Part shown: in pieces, positions 25,568 through 36,751 of the stretch
How the letters are laid out: every line of letters starts with the position of its first letter
Numbering within the stretch: the stretch's first letter is position 1
NCBI RefSeq assembly: GCF_006345805.1
Contig: NC_043007.1
Location: 60,574,001-60,638,000, forward strand
DNA: 64,000 nucleotides
Direction: 5' to 3'
DNA from: Octopus sinensis
Lineage: Eukaryota
Position numbers and translations under genes: made by a program
The notes under the pieces: generated by a model
The model's input: only the letters and a program-made list of their open reading frames with translations
Databases searched by the model: none
What the model was told of the DNA's origin: nothing

Positions 25568-26852
25568 TTAGTTTCCCAAGATTTTTGCATTGCCAGTTGT
25601 TGTTGTGGGTGTAGTCTGCTCAGTCCAACTGGCATCCCTTATCCATGACTCACCAGACTTGACGAATTTCCAGATCTGCCCATCATCGCGGAAGCTAAAA
25701 CTCTCCCGTGGCACAGAGCTGCGATTTAGGGAAGCCACGGATCTTATCTTTGGGCGTACATCGGGTGGTAGGCCAGGACGTGTTCTAAAGTTGATAATGT
25801 TGTCACGCTGAGCTCTGTCAGCAGCCAGATGGAATGTCCGCGCCTCAGTAGAGCCCGTAAACAACAGCCTGGGTTTGGATCCCAGTCGGCCAAGGCGGGA
25901 AGCACTTTTTGGAGGGACACAGCTGAGATCCCTAGCTGTGTTTCCAATGTATGCCTGCAGATCTGCCACATCTTCCGGCACTCCGATTGCTATTAATTCA
26001 TGAGTGGCCGGTTCAGCAACTTCCTCGGTGCGTTGAGGTTCTGTACGAGCTACAGGTAAGTTGCTGAGCAGGGCACTCCTATATGACCCTTCGCTGCGAG
26101 TTTTTGGACAGACACTGGCTCTGAGTCCTGCTACCTCACGACTCAAAGCGGAAATCATTCGTCTAATTTCTGCAACTTCTGTGCTGATGGTCGATCTCTG
26201 TTTTAGTTGGGAAGCATCAGGAGAGGAGGGCATGGTTGGTTTTTGTACCTGCTGATGTACTTTGGCTGGAATGATTAATGTTTGTTGTCCAAGAGCAATA
26301 GGGGAGGAAGGCATAGGGGGTTTAAGTTTCTGTTTTTGTTGTTCATCAACATGAATGGCCGATTTTTGTTGCAGGGGAGGAAGACACGGGCGGATTCAGT
26401 TTTTGCTGTTGTTCTTTATCAACAGGGCTGGTTTTGGGAGACAAAGTAGTCGGTTTTTGCTGTTCAGCAGCAATGGCAGCGGAGGACACGGTTGTCGGGT
26501 TTTGTTGTTGTTCAGCAGCAATGGTGGCAGGGGACACACAAGTCACCACACAAGTCAGGCAATGAAACGACCAGTTTGGTAGCTGGACCATTTCCCAGAG
26601 TTTATCCATCATAGAAGTATGGTGTCCTTTCTTTTGACCTGGGATCTTCTGAAAGTTTGTGGCACATTGAAAGCAGATCGAAACACGACAGTTACTGCAT
26701 TCAACCCATCTATTTCGGAAGGAATTTTCGAGTTTTGTGCATAGATGACAGATGTGATTTGCCGGGCAACGTTCTATTGTAGGACAGCGACCAGTTTTGT
26801 CGCATGGCTCATCCGCGGATGATACCGTGGCAGTTTTGTTCTGTCTGCCCAT
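25568..26852 (-). pseudogene. LINE ORF1 with PHD-like zinc finger and coiled coil, one frameshift
   Basis: CHLC...ECSNCRVSICFQC...WSFHCLTC in ORF 26346-26852, continuing in another frame into ORF 25568-26314 (EIRRMISALSREVAGLR; RLG..KPRLL). Confidence 0.8.
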
Positions 26853-27514
26853 CCGTACTGTGGTGCAAGGTAAACAAAGAAAGGAAGAAGAAGAAAAAAA
26901 GTGAAGATACAGATAAATGAGATGTTATTATTTGTTGTTGATATTGCTGTTAGCTGTTTTCGCTTTCCATATTGGTTGGTGTGTTTATAATGCACGCACT
27001 TGTTAGGGAAATTCCACACGGTTAAATATCATTTGACGTGGAGGGAGGGCTGAGGGATGTTTTTACTGTAAATTCTCTTTTCTCCCAACGCAGAGAAAGA
27101 AAGGGATACGGGGAGAAACATCTCGGTGTCATCATCAACTTGTAGCGATAGTAGTAGCAGCAGTAAATTCTGATAGCAGCAGCTACTGTTTTCATAAAGT
27201 GAGATGAAGAACGGTCGGTCAAAGAGAGTTCAAATGTTTACTATGGTGTTGATAGAACTAGCGAACAGTGACCTTGACTTTGAGAAAAATCAAGGATGGG
27301 CCGACTATAAACAGTACTTGTGAATAGGGTTGTGGACGAACAGAGTGAAACTATAAAGAGTATTGTTTCTTTTTACTTTTTTTTTTTGTGTTTTGCCCCT
27401 TATTCTCCACGTGTTTTATTACTGTGATCAAGAAGAAAATAAAGGTTAGCAGGTGTTTACGTCCATAATTTTAGCGTTACAATAAAGGCATTTTTACATA
27501 ATCTGATACTCAAG

Positions 27515-28247
27515 GAAGAGGTGACGACAAAATGTTCACACAAAAAATGGAAGTATTTATGTTCCTAAAACTTTTGCCCCAACTGTAGGTTTGTAAGTTT
27601 TAACTTATTTTGAGGGAAATTCAATTTACTCACAGAAAATAGTAGATCTTCCAGTAATTACAGTTGTTTATCAGTAGTCCTGAAGAGGTGACGACAAAAT
27701 GTTCACACAAAAAATGGAAATATTTATGTTCCTAAAACTTTTGCCCCAAACTGTAGGTTTGTAAGTTTTAACTTATTTTGAGGGAAATTCAATTTACTCA
27801 CAGAAAATAGTAGATCTTCCAGTAATTACAGTTGTTTATCAGTAGTCCTGAAGAGGTGACGACAAAATGTTCACACAAAAAATGGAAATATTTATGTTCC
27901 TAAAACTTTTGCCCCAAACTGTAGGTTTGTAAGTTTTAACTTATTTTGAGGGAAATTCAATTTACTCACAGAAAATAGTAGATCTTCCAGTAATTACAGT
28001 TGTTTATCAGTAGTCCTGAAGAGGTGACGACAAAATGTTCACACAAAAAATGGAAATATTTATGTTCCTAAAACTTTTGCCCCAAACTGTAGGTTTGTAA
28101 GTTTTAACTTATTTTGAGGGAAATTCAATTTACTCACAGAAAATAGTAGATCTTCCAGTAATTACAGTTGTTTATCAGTAGTCCTGAAGAGGTGACGACA
28201 AAATGTTCACACAAAAAATGGAAATATTTATGTTCCTAAAACTTTTG
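27515..28247. repeat. 168-bp tandem array (4 near-identical units plus a partial unit)
   Basis: GAAGAGGTGACG unit starts at 27515, 27682, 27850, 28018 and 28186. Confidence 0.97.
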
Positions 28248-29639
28248 ATCACAGTGATCACAAGTTAGGTTTGTACAAACCTAAAAGATAGACAAAAATT
28301 ACTTTGGAGTTCATAAAAGAAGTAGTTCTTACAGAGTTTAACAGAGAAATTTGATAAAAATTGTCAAATTTTGGAAAACATTTACTAAAAACAGTGTCAT
28401 TGAAAAGACAGTCTCTGAGTAACATCAATCCAAACCATGTCCGGAAAATGTTATTTTACAGTTAAAATCTGAAATCATCATCATCAACAACATTTAACGT
28501 CCATTTTCCATGCTGGCATGGGTTGAATGGCTTGACAGGAACCACACCAGGTTCCATAGTCTGTTTTGACTTGATTTTTACAGCTGGAAGCCCTTCCTAA
28601 CACCAACCATTCCACAGAGTGCACTGGGTGTTTTTTATGTGGCACCAGTACCAGTGCTTTTTATGTGGCATCAACACTCACACTAATGCTTTTTATGTGG
28701 CACCTTGGCTTTAAAATCTCAATTCTGTTGTGGTGGGCAGGTCTTCCTGAGTATGGCAATGCACTACATATCCCAGCCCTTGAAAGAATATTTTGTTAGA
28801 TTATATTTATAACTCTGCAACCTATATATACTCCAGGCCAAATGCAGTGGAACTGTATCATTGACCAGGTTGCAAATACTATGATGAAAATTTTGACACC
28901 AAATCATAATTGTTTAAGTGAAGTTAACAGTCTTTGTGTGTTTTTAAATGGCTATCATGTGTCTTCCATACTTTAATTATTTTGGTAATTTACCTCAGAG
29001 AAAGTAACCTTGTTCGATTGATAAAACAAGTCTTGATAAATACTCACAACGGAAAATGTATGTAAATGGGGAATGTAAAATGATTACCAGACCTTCAGTG
29101 TATATTTGCCTGATTATTCAAAAATGAGAGTTATCCTTATGATGAATGTCTTGTTTGTTACCAACATCTTGTAAACTTAAAATTTTTGTTCCTATCAAGT
29201 AGAAAGACAAATTTCAAAAACACCCCCAGCTTGAGATTAAATCTCTAATATATTTTGATAGATGCTAGAAAATTTTAAAAAACAAAAATCAATTTTGATG
29301 TGCTGCTTGTGTTAGAATTGCAATACTACATGATAACAAGACACAGGCCTTGAGGACAGAAAATTTGCAAACATCTAGGTGCAATTAAGTATCTTGCTCA
29401 ACGACACAATGTGCAATTGGAATCAAACTTATGAGCTGAAGGTCATGAACTAAATATCCTAACATTCATCAGAGATTACAATTCTGCAAATGTTTTCAAA
29501 ATTACAATTTTTTATCGTTTTTTTTTTTTAAACCCACTTAGTTTCAAAGTATGTATCTGGCAATAACTTTTCATTTACAAATTTTTTTCTAGGAAGTGTA
29601 AGCTTTTAACATAGGAGATTGACTTTACTCAAAAAATAA

Positions 29640-29806
29640 GGTTAGGACCAAGGGTTGAGGTTAGAATTTAGATTAGGCTTAGGATCAGTATTAGGGTTTA
29701 GGTTTTAGGGATATGCATAGCATTAGGGTTTAAAGTAAGGGATTAGGGTTAAGACTTAAAGGTAGAATTTGTTGTTAACACTTAGAATTAGGGTTTTAGG
29801 TTATAG
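29640..29806 (+). repeat. Degenerate TTAGGG-like tract
   Basis: Recurring TTAGG/TTAGGG motifs with irregular spacing. Confidence 0.55.
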
Positions 29807-29896
29807 TTAAAATTATGTTTAAACAGAAAAGATTTGAATTTGCATTCAGTTTTTTGCAGACCTGAAATCACATATGTTTAAAGCTAGGCTAGTAAA

Positions 29897-30135
29897 GGCA
29901 CATGGCTCAGTGGTTAGAACATCAGGCTCACAATCATGAGGTAGTGAGTTTGATTCCTGGACCAGACTGTGTGTTGTGTTCTTGAGCAAGACACTTTATT
30001 TTTCATGTTGCTCCAGTTCACTCATCTGTAGAAATGAGTTGCGATGTCACTGGTGCCAAGCTGTATTGGCCTTCACCTTTTCTTTGGATAGCATTGGTGG
30101 CATGGATAGGGGCAGCTGGTCTTCCATAAACAACC
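29897..30135 (+). mobile_element. tRNA-derived SINE (third family)
   Basis: A-box TGGCTCAGTGG, B-box-like GAGTTTGATTCC and a CTTGAGCAAGACACTT core; inverted copy at ~61560-61880. Confidence 0.7.
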
Positions 30136-30579
30136 TTACCTGAAAAGGGTCTTTACCCTTTACCCTAAAGTGAAGCTTTCTAAAGAAACATGTGATGGTC
30201 TTACTAGAAGCTGTATATACTGTGGTAGAGACTGAGAACAAAAGAGAGTTGCTGCTCAGTGGGAGATAACTACTTCTAAGCATAGCTTTCTTTTGTCTTC
30301 TGTGGACAAATTTTTTTTTTCAAAGAGTGAAAAGAGAATACATCTTATTGCCTATAATTTTTTTATTATTATTCTTTATTATTATCTGGAAAAAAAATAC
30401 ATACCTAAAAGAATATTTAAACTAAAAGATCTGCTTAGTGTACTTAGTCAGAAACTGAACAGAGTATTTCTCCAAAAGTTTTTCTATAAATTAAATTTAT
30501 AGTAAAAATTTAATTAAACTTGGCATTTAGCTTCTGTTAAGTCAAGTCCCTTAACCAAAAACTTGTCTACTGCAGCCCC

Positions 30580-31010
30580 TTGGTCAATGCAGTTTTGGCC
30601 TCTTGGTCGATGCAGTTTTGGCAGGTATCAACAAAAGATTTACAGCCCTCCTGGACAATGAAGAATGCCAACTGGCTATGATAACACCAAGTTCACCAAG
30701 ATGAGGAGAAGCATGGAGGATAAAGTCAAGGAGGCCATGAGGCAGCAGTATGAGAAAGCGAGAAGCAATGGTGGGGGGAAGCAACAATGAAGAGGTGGAG
30801 GATGACTTCTTCAATGGTGTCACCCAACAAAAAGAGAGTGGAAGCTACAGGTTACTGAAGGACAAGGCCCTGAATTTAGTAAAGACCTGGTTGGAGACCA
30901 ACTCCAAGGATCTACTGACAGATGCCTTCTTGAGTGAGCAAGTGTCGGTGGGCTTTTTCATCAAGTTCAACACTGCCATCCTTTCCAGTGCTGCAACAAG
31001 AGAACAACCT
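30580..31010 (+). pseudogene. hAT transposase C-terminal (dimerisation domain) remnant
   Basis: LVDAVLAGINKRF and FIKFNTAILSSAA, resembling the hAT KYNT.LPSSAAVER motif. Confidence 0.65.
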
Positions 31011-32430
31011 TGCCTGATGAAAATTTTAGTATGTTAATTTTCTTGAAGAGCAACATGAATCTTATCAACAAAATGGAAGAGAAGAAGAAAAATCAAATTA
31101 TGTATATGTCATGTTTCTCGATTTTTTACAGCCACTTTATTAATAAACTTTTTTTAGTTTAATACTAATATTGTTTCATTTTTTTTTACCCTTTTCTGGC
31201 TCTAAAAGCCTTTAAAAACCTAAAAAAGGCCCCAAATCATGAAATCAGCCTTTTGAAATTTAAAACTATAAAATCCACATTTTTTAACTCTAAACAAAAG
31301 ATATATATGTATAATTTTAGGGTTCTAAAGGCCTCAAAAAGGTCAAAAGAGAAGCTGATTTTATAATTTTAGCACTTTTTAACCCCTTAGTGTTTAAATC
31401 AGAAAAATAACCATTGTACCTAATTCCTCTACGAAATCTTTTTAAAAAATAAACAAGTCATGTTCGTGAATTCTTGTAGCTTTGAGATAATGTGAGGGCT
31501 TTTCTTCCAGAAAGCACAGAACTGAGTGCAAAGCAAAATTAACTGAGGTGGATGTCAACATCGACTTCCATAAAGTGGAAACAATAAATGGAAGGGAAAA
31601 AAGTTGGTAAATATTTCGGTATGAATTTAAATAGCTCTTACATGGTAGCAGGGCATGCTAGGAATAGCAGCCAAATCTTTCCTTTTCTGTAAAAGGAGCC
31701 GTTTACATTTGATTTCAATATCACATTAGTTGAAAGCATGCAAAATAATCTGGAAAAGAAAAAACAGACCCACAAAACAAACCTACCTTGGTGGGAAACT
31801 TCGAGGTCCCCACCACCCCTCCCACCTTTCTTTTCTGGAAAAAAGTGGCTTGCAGTGGGTTTGGAGTCAAATACATTGAATGTACCCGAAAAAAACTGGA
31901 AAAAAATTATTCCACACCAAGGTACATATTTACCAAAAGAATAAAATCTTGTACCGATTACACCGCTATTTTAATTAATTCAAATTAATCTTGAAAAGTG
32001 GCAAAATTTTTGTCAGTTGCCATCTGGAATAATTTTAGAAACATCATCATCATCATCATTGTTCGACCGTGGTCGAGACTTTCATAGTCTTTTCAAATGG
32101 CTAATAATGTGTGCGCGTGCCACTACTACACACAGTGGAAAGCATTGTACAACCAAGTACTAAAGAAGATCTTTCCTCCTCCATGAAACAAAGCTGTTCC
32201 CGCTGGACGTCAACCCAGTATTTCTAAGCTACGGACCCAGTGATTTATTGTAAGGTTATCTCCCTAGATAGATTGCCTTCACTACGGCTAAGGAGCCCTT
32301 TCTACCCCATTTTAGAAACAAATCAAACAGGTATGATCCATTAAGAATTTCAATTTTAGTGTTTATCCATAATGTGGATTTACACCTGTTAATTAAATTT
32401 ACCTGCCCATAAAAGTCAAATTTACTTTGC

Positions 32431-33050
32431 ATGATCAGCTCATCAGCTGAAGGCACAATCCTTTGTGACACATCTACTGGTTCTCCCAGGCCACTTGTGC
32501 CAGAGAACCACCAATGTTCTGTATTTGATGCCCTGCATTCATTGTCTCATCCAGGCATCACTGCATTGAAGCTTATCACTGCTTGGTTCTTCCGGCCTAA
32601 TATGCGCTGCATAATCATCGCTTGGGCACGCTCTTGTACAAAGTGTCAGTGTTCCAAAGTCCACAGTTTTCTCCTCCGGAGACCCGTTTTCGCCGTGTCC
32701 ACATTGATATGGCTGGACCATGGCTGGTGAGTCGCGGGTTTTCTTAAGTATTAACATGTATCAATTGCTTCCCCCATCAGCCTGAAGCCATTCCAATAGT
32801 GGACATTTCTGCTGAATCAGTTGCTCGAGCTTTCGTCTCTCACTGGATTGTTCGCTTTGGTGTTCCAACCAAAATAACTACTGATCGTGGATGCCAGTTT
32901 GAAGCCTCTTTATTTCATGAGCTGTCATGAATCCTGGGTGTTCATCATATTCGTACGACCAGTTACCATCCAGCCTCCAACGGGATGGTCGAACGCTTTC
33001 ATAGGCAGCTTAAGGCCACTCTATGCGCCTCTCCAGATCTATAGTCTTGG
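32431..33050 (+). pseudogene. Gypsy integrase fragment (second, older family)
   Basis: CDTSTGSPRPLVP, LHSLSHPG, WARSCTKCQ, TTDRGCQFEA and YHPASNGMVERFHRQLK, with stops and frameshifts; no LTRs. Confidence 0.9.
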
Positions 33051-33056
33051 ACTTCC

Positions 33057-33329
33057 CACAGTAATATGACAAAGTAATTCATGTGAAATTAAAGTGGCTT
33101 CTTTTTTAAAAACTTTTTAAAAACCTTTTTCGAACTATTTTTCAATCAATCTACGTAGGAAAATATGGAGATTAAGAATATGGAAAAAAATAAACACAAA
33201 TTCAAATTTTAATTAAAAATTTTTTATGAAAAACTCCAACTCAAAATTCCCCTCCTCCCTGCTGTCTAAAAGTGAAAATGAACGGTTGTTTTGACTATTT
33301 CACATGAATTACTTTGTCATATTACTCTG
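33057..33329. mobile_element. MITE with ~33-bp TIRs
   Basis: CA(C/G)AGTAATATGACAAAGTAATTCATGTGAAAT at both ends in inverted orientation; no matching TSD; truncates the integrase fragment. Confidence 0.65.
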
Positions 33330-33489
33330 AAAGAAATCTTTGCAGAAAGGAGAGTAGATTGATTACATTATGTTATTGCAGTTTTGTGAGAATTTGGCTG
33401 TTATTTCTAGCATGTGGCTAGCCTGCTTGAAGTCCTGGGGTATATATATATTTTTTTGTTGTTGTTGAAAAATTGAACTTTTACAAACA

Positions 33490-34090
33490 AATTTGGAAAG
33501 ACTTCCTCCCGTCCCCCCACCCTCATTTTCTCGCAAATTATTATTTAAAAAAAAATTTTTTTTGCCAAAAACCCACGTTTTCGGAATCCGAGATTCCAGA
33601 AGATTGCCAAAAATCGGAATTTTGAAATTTTTGTCCCCCCACCCTTACTCCCACCAATTCTCCATTTTCTACTTTTTCCATAAACCTAACCCTAACCCTA
33701 AAACCCTAACCCTAAGTAGAAAAGTTTTTGGAATCATAATCTCGGTATTTTTCCACATTTTGAAAAAAAAAAATGGGGAAAAAAGTTGAAAATGTGGAAT
33801 TTAGTTGGGGGGGGGGGTTCATTAAAAATGCCGATTTTTGCCAATTTATTTATTTTTTTTTTTTTTGCAGAATCGTATTCTCCGTAGCCGAAAACGGGGG
33901 TTTGTGAGGGGGGTACAAAAAGAAGTCTTGCCACAATTTTTTTTCAGAATTGTAATCTTCGTATTTTACTACGCATTTCGCAAAAAAAATTTCCGAAAAA
34001 ACTGAGGGAAGGGGGATGAGGGGGTGGGGTCAAAATTTTGAAATTTTTTTTTCAGAATCAGATCCTCCATAACCAAAATCGTGGATTCCG
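33490..34090. mobile_element. Unclassified CpG-retaining fold-back repeat with central (CCCTAA)n
   Basis: Partial inverted arms (about 33570-33620 versus 33826-33903), with CCTAACCCTAACCCTAAAACCCTAACCCTAA at 33685-33715. Confidence 0.45.
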
Positions 34091-34113
34091 TTAAAAAAAA
34101 AAATCAATATATA

Positions 34114-34425
<312 letters not shown>

Positions 34426-34659
34426 AAAGCACCTGTCAAGTCCTGGACTCGATTTAATTTACTGAAGCCCTAAAATTGCCTTGTGCCTAAATTTGAGACA
34501 ATAATTATTAGGATACTATAAGGCGGTGGGTTGGCAAAATGTTTAGCGGCATTTCGTCCGTGTTTACATTTTGAGCTCAAATTCCTCCTGGATCGATGAA
34601 ATAAGTACCAGTTGAGCATTCGTGTTGATGTAAACAATTTGCCCCTTCCCTCAAATTTG

Positions 34660-35028
34660 CTGGCCTGGCGCGCCTATAGTAACAAGGATTAAGGTATCGG
34701 GGGGAGGTGGGGGGTTTACGCTGTGTCAGTTCACACGGGATATAACTCGACTAAAGCCTATTCAAACCAACCGCTAGTATGTAAATATAAATCCCAGGAT
34801 GCAACGAATGAGAAAATAAATACACGAAAACGAAAACGAGGCTTTTAACCGGCAAATTCAATTTCCAAAATTTACAAAATAAACGTCTGAAAGGCATCCA
34901 GATCTGCTATGGTTCTCTGATTGTTTTATTTACATTTCATTTAATGGAATTTATTTCATTCAACGTTTGTCCGTGAAAAGAAGGAAACAGTTAACATTTT
35001 TATTTTAAATTGTATGGTGTTGCCTCAG
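34660..35028 (+). promoter_or_regulatory. Candidate promoter and non-coding first exon of the NuMA-like gene
   Basis: Local CpG retention; CHR-like TTCAAA with adjacent CCGC at 34761-34774; donor CAG|GTAATT at 35029; the ATG exon at 38203 has an acceptor and so needs an upstream exon. Inferred. Confidence 0.4.
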
Positions 35029-36109
35029 GTAATTATATAATTCTATTCAAATCTAACTGACAAGTTATTTTGTTTTGTTGTAAACGATATTTTGAATTGT
35101 TCATATTCAGGGTTGTTTGAAAGATCTAAACATCTTCAATTAAAAAGTAAACGAGTTTTACTAAAATAATAACTTTATTTTTGTCGTCGTTAACTTTTAG
35201 TGAATTTCAATTTCTTTTAAAGCCTACGAAAGAATTTTTGTCCTAAAAAATTTAATTTAATTTTTTTTCTACCTATTTGACCTCCACCTCTATAGTTCTG
35301 TGCACTTTTCCGTGAGATGAGTGAAACAGTAAAAAGTAACAAAACTTTCTTCGAAATCCCCTCCATAGCCATTCTTTTCGTCTCTTTGCTGGTTTCTTTG
35401 TATTCTTTTTTCACACTTTTGCTATTCTACAAAAACTTTTTCTATGCGATACGAAAATTAAATGTGCGGGCTTTAAGAATTCCGAAAATTTTCTTTCATA
35501 CAACATAAAACATGAATTTACTGATAGAAAAACAAATCGACATAATTCAAATCAATTTAAATTCGATCTAGATTATGCAGTGAGCATTCCATATTGAATT
35601 TTCTGCAGGTGCACCGTCTGGCACACCTACGCAAGTGTGTTCTCTCGATTTTATTTCTTCGTAACTTTCAGAAAAATGGATATTTTTAAATGAAAGTTTT
35701 CAAATACGCTTCAGATGGTATAGATTCTCAACCCCCGGGAAAATTTTTTCATTATAAATTCCGATCGCAATCTACACCATCTAAAGCGTATTTGCAGAAA
35801 ATTTCATTTAAGAGTATCCATTTTCTGAACGTTATGAGGAAACAAAGTTGGAAGGGGCGCGCTCGTGGGTACTTCTTAAATACAGAGATCCCTTAACGGT
35901 TCTACTTAAATAGAGGTCCCGACGCATCTACGTAACCCTTACGGCTGTATATTGTAAACACATCGTTACGTAAATGCATCGGGTGCTCTATGTAACTAGT
36001 GCCCGCTTTGTGTAGGTATACCCACCATCCTATGTCAGTCCTAATCAGTCTTGCAATTGCTTTTCATAATATCAAAAAGCTAGACCTCCAGCCTGAAGGT
36101 AACTACACT

Positions 36110-36751
36110 AAGGGCCGGATTTGGCATTCACTCGGATTCAGTCTCAATTGTCACAGAACTGCTATTACATAAATGGGTTTCAGTAGGTTCAGAAGTATTC
36201 ACTTAAATTCAATGTCCCTTTTTTTTTAAATCTAAAAGGGACCAATAAATCAAAAGAAGGCTCAATAATTTTAAAAGAACTTTACCGGATTAAAATAAAT
36301 TTTTTAAACAAGTGAAAAAAATTACAAATTATTCGATTGCTGTAAATATATTATCTGAATTTTTGGCGATCTTTCGTCTCTAGTAGACCTTTCCGTCGAT
36401 TTCCGTAAAAAAATATTTTTTTTTTACATATGGGCTTGCGGGAACATTTGAAGTAATATGCATACATATACACATACACCGAGTAAAAAATTTCAGTTAT
36501 CTCTTTCTTTCACACACTACTCGGTGTATGTGTATATGTATGTATATTACTTCAAAAGTTCCCGCAAGCCCATATGTAAAAAAAAAAATATTTTTTTACG
36601 GAAATCGACGGAAAGGTCTACTAGAGACGAAAGATCGTCGAATTTTTAAAATAAAGCTTTAGGCTTCTTTGAGTTAAAGGCCTCAACTCACCGCATGCAT
36701 GGGGGTCCTTGGGCCATGGTCAATATTAGCCCATACATAAATCTGGCCCTG
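36110..36751. mobile_element. hAT-type MITE carrying a nested element
   Basis: TIRs (A)AGGGCCGGATTT / AAATCTGGCCCTG; 8-bp TSD ACTACACT / ACTACACC (7/8). Confidence 0.75.
36365..36639. mobile_element. Fold-back MITE with ~121-bp TIRs, nested in the hAT MITE
   Basis: Arms 36365-36485 and 36518-36639 nearly perfectly inverted around a 32-bp spacer; perfect 8-bp TSD GAATTTTT. Confidence 0.9.

Larger units (their letters stand above)
22881..26880 (-). mobile_element. Near full-length CR1-group LINE (PHD-type ORF1, APE-RT ORF2)
   Basis: ORF1 25568-26852, ORF2 23020-25505, (ATT)n 3' tail near 22881-22896; 5' boundary approximate; no TSD found. Confidence 0.9.

Noticed and set aside
27515-28247. 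168-bp array as CRISPR or rDNA-like repeat
   Set aside because: No spacer variation and no 5S/tRNA internal promoter recognised in the unit.
29048-29191. Selenocysteine recoding of the in-frame TGA
   Set aside because: No SECIS recognised near the candidate 3' UTR and no redox motif around the codon.
30134-30147. Minus-strand recursive splice site TTTTCAG|GTAAGG
   Set aside because: Lies in a SINE tail with a short pyrimidine tract; likely chance.
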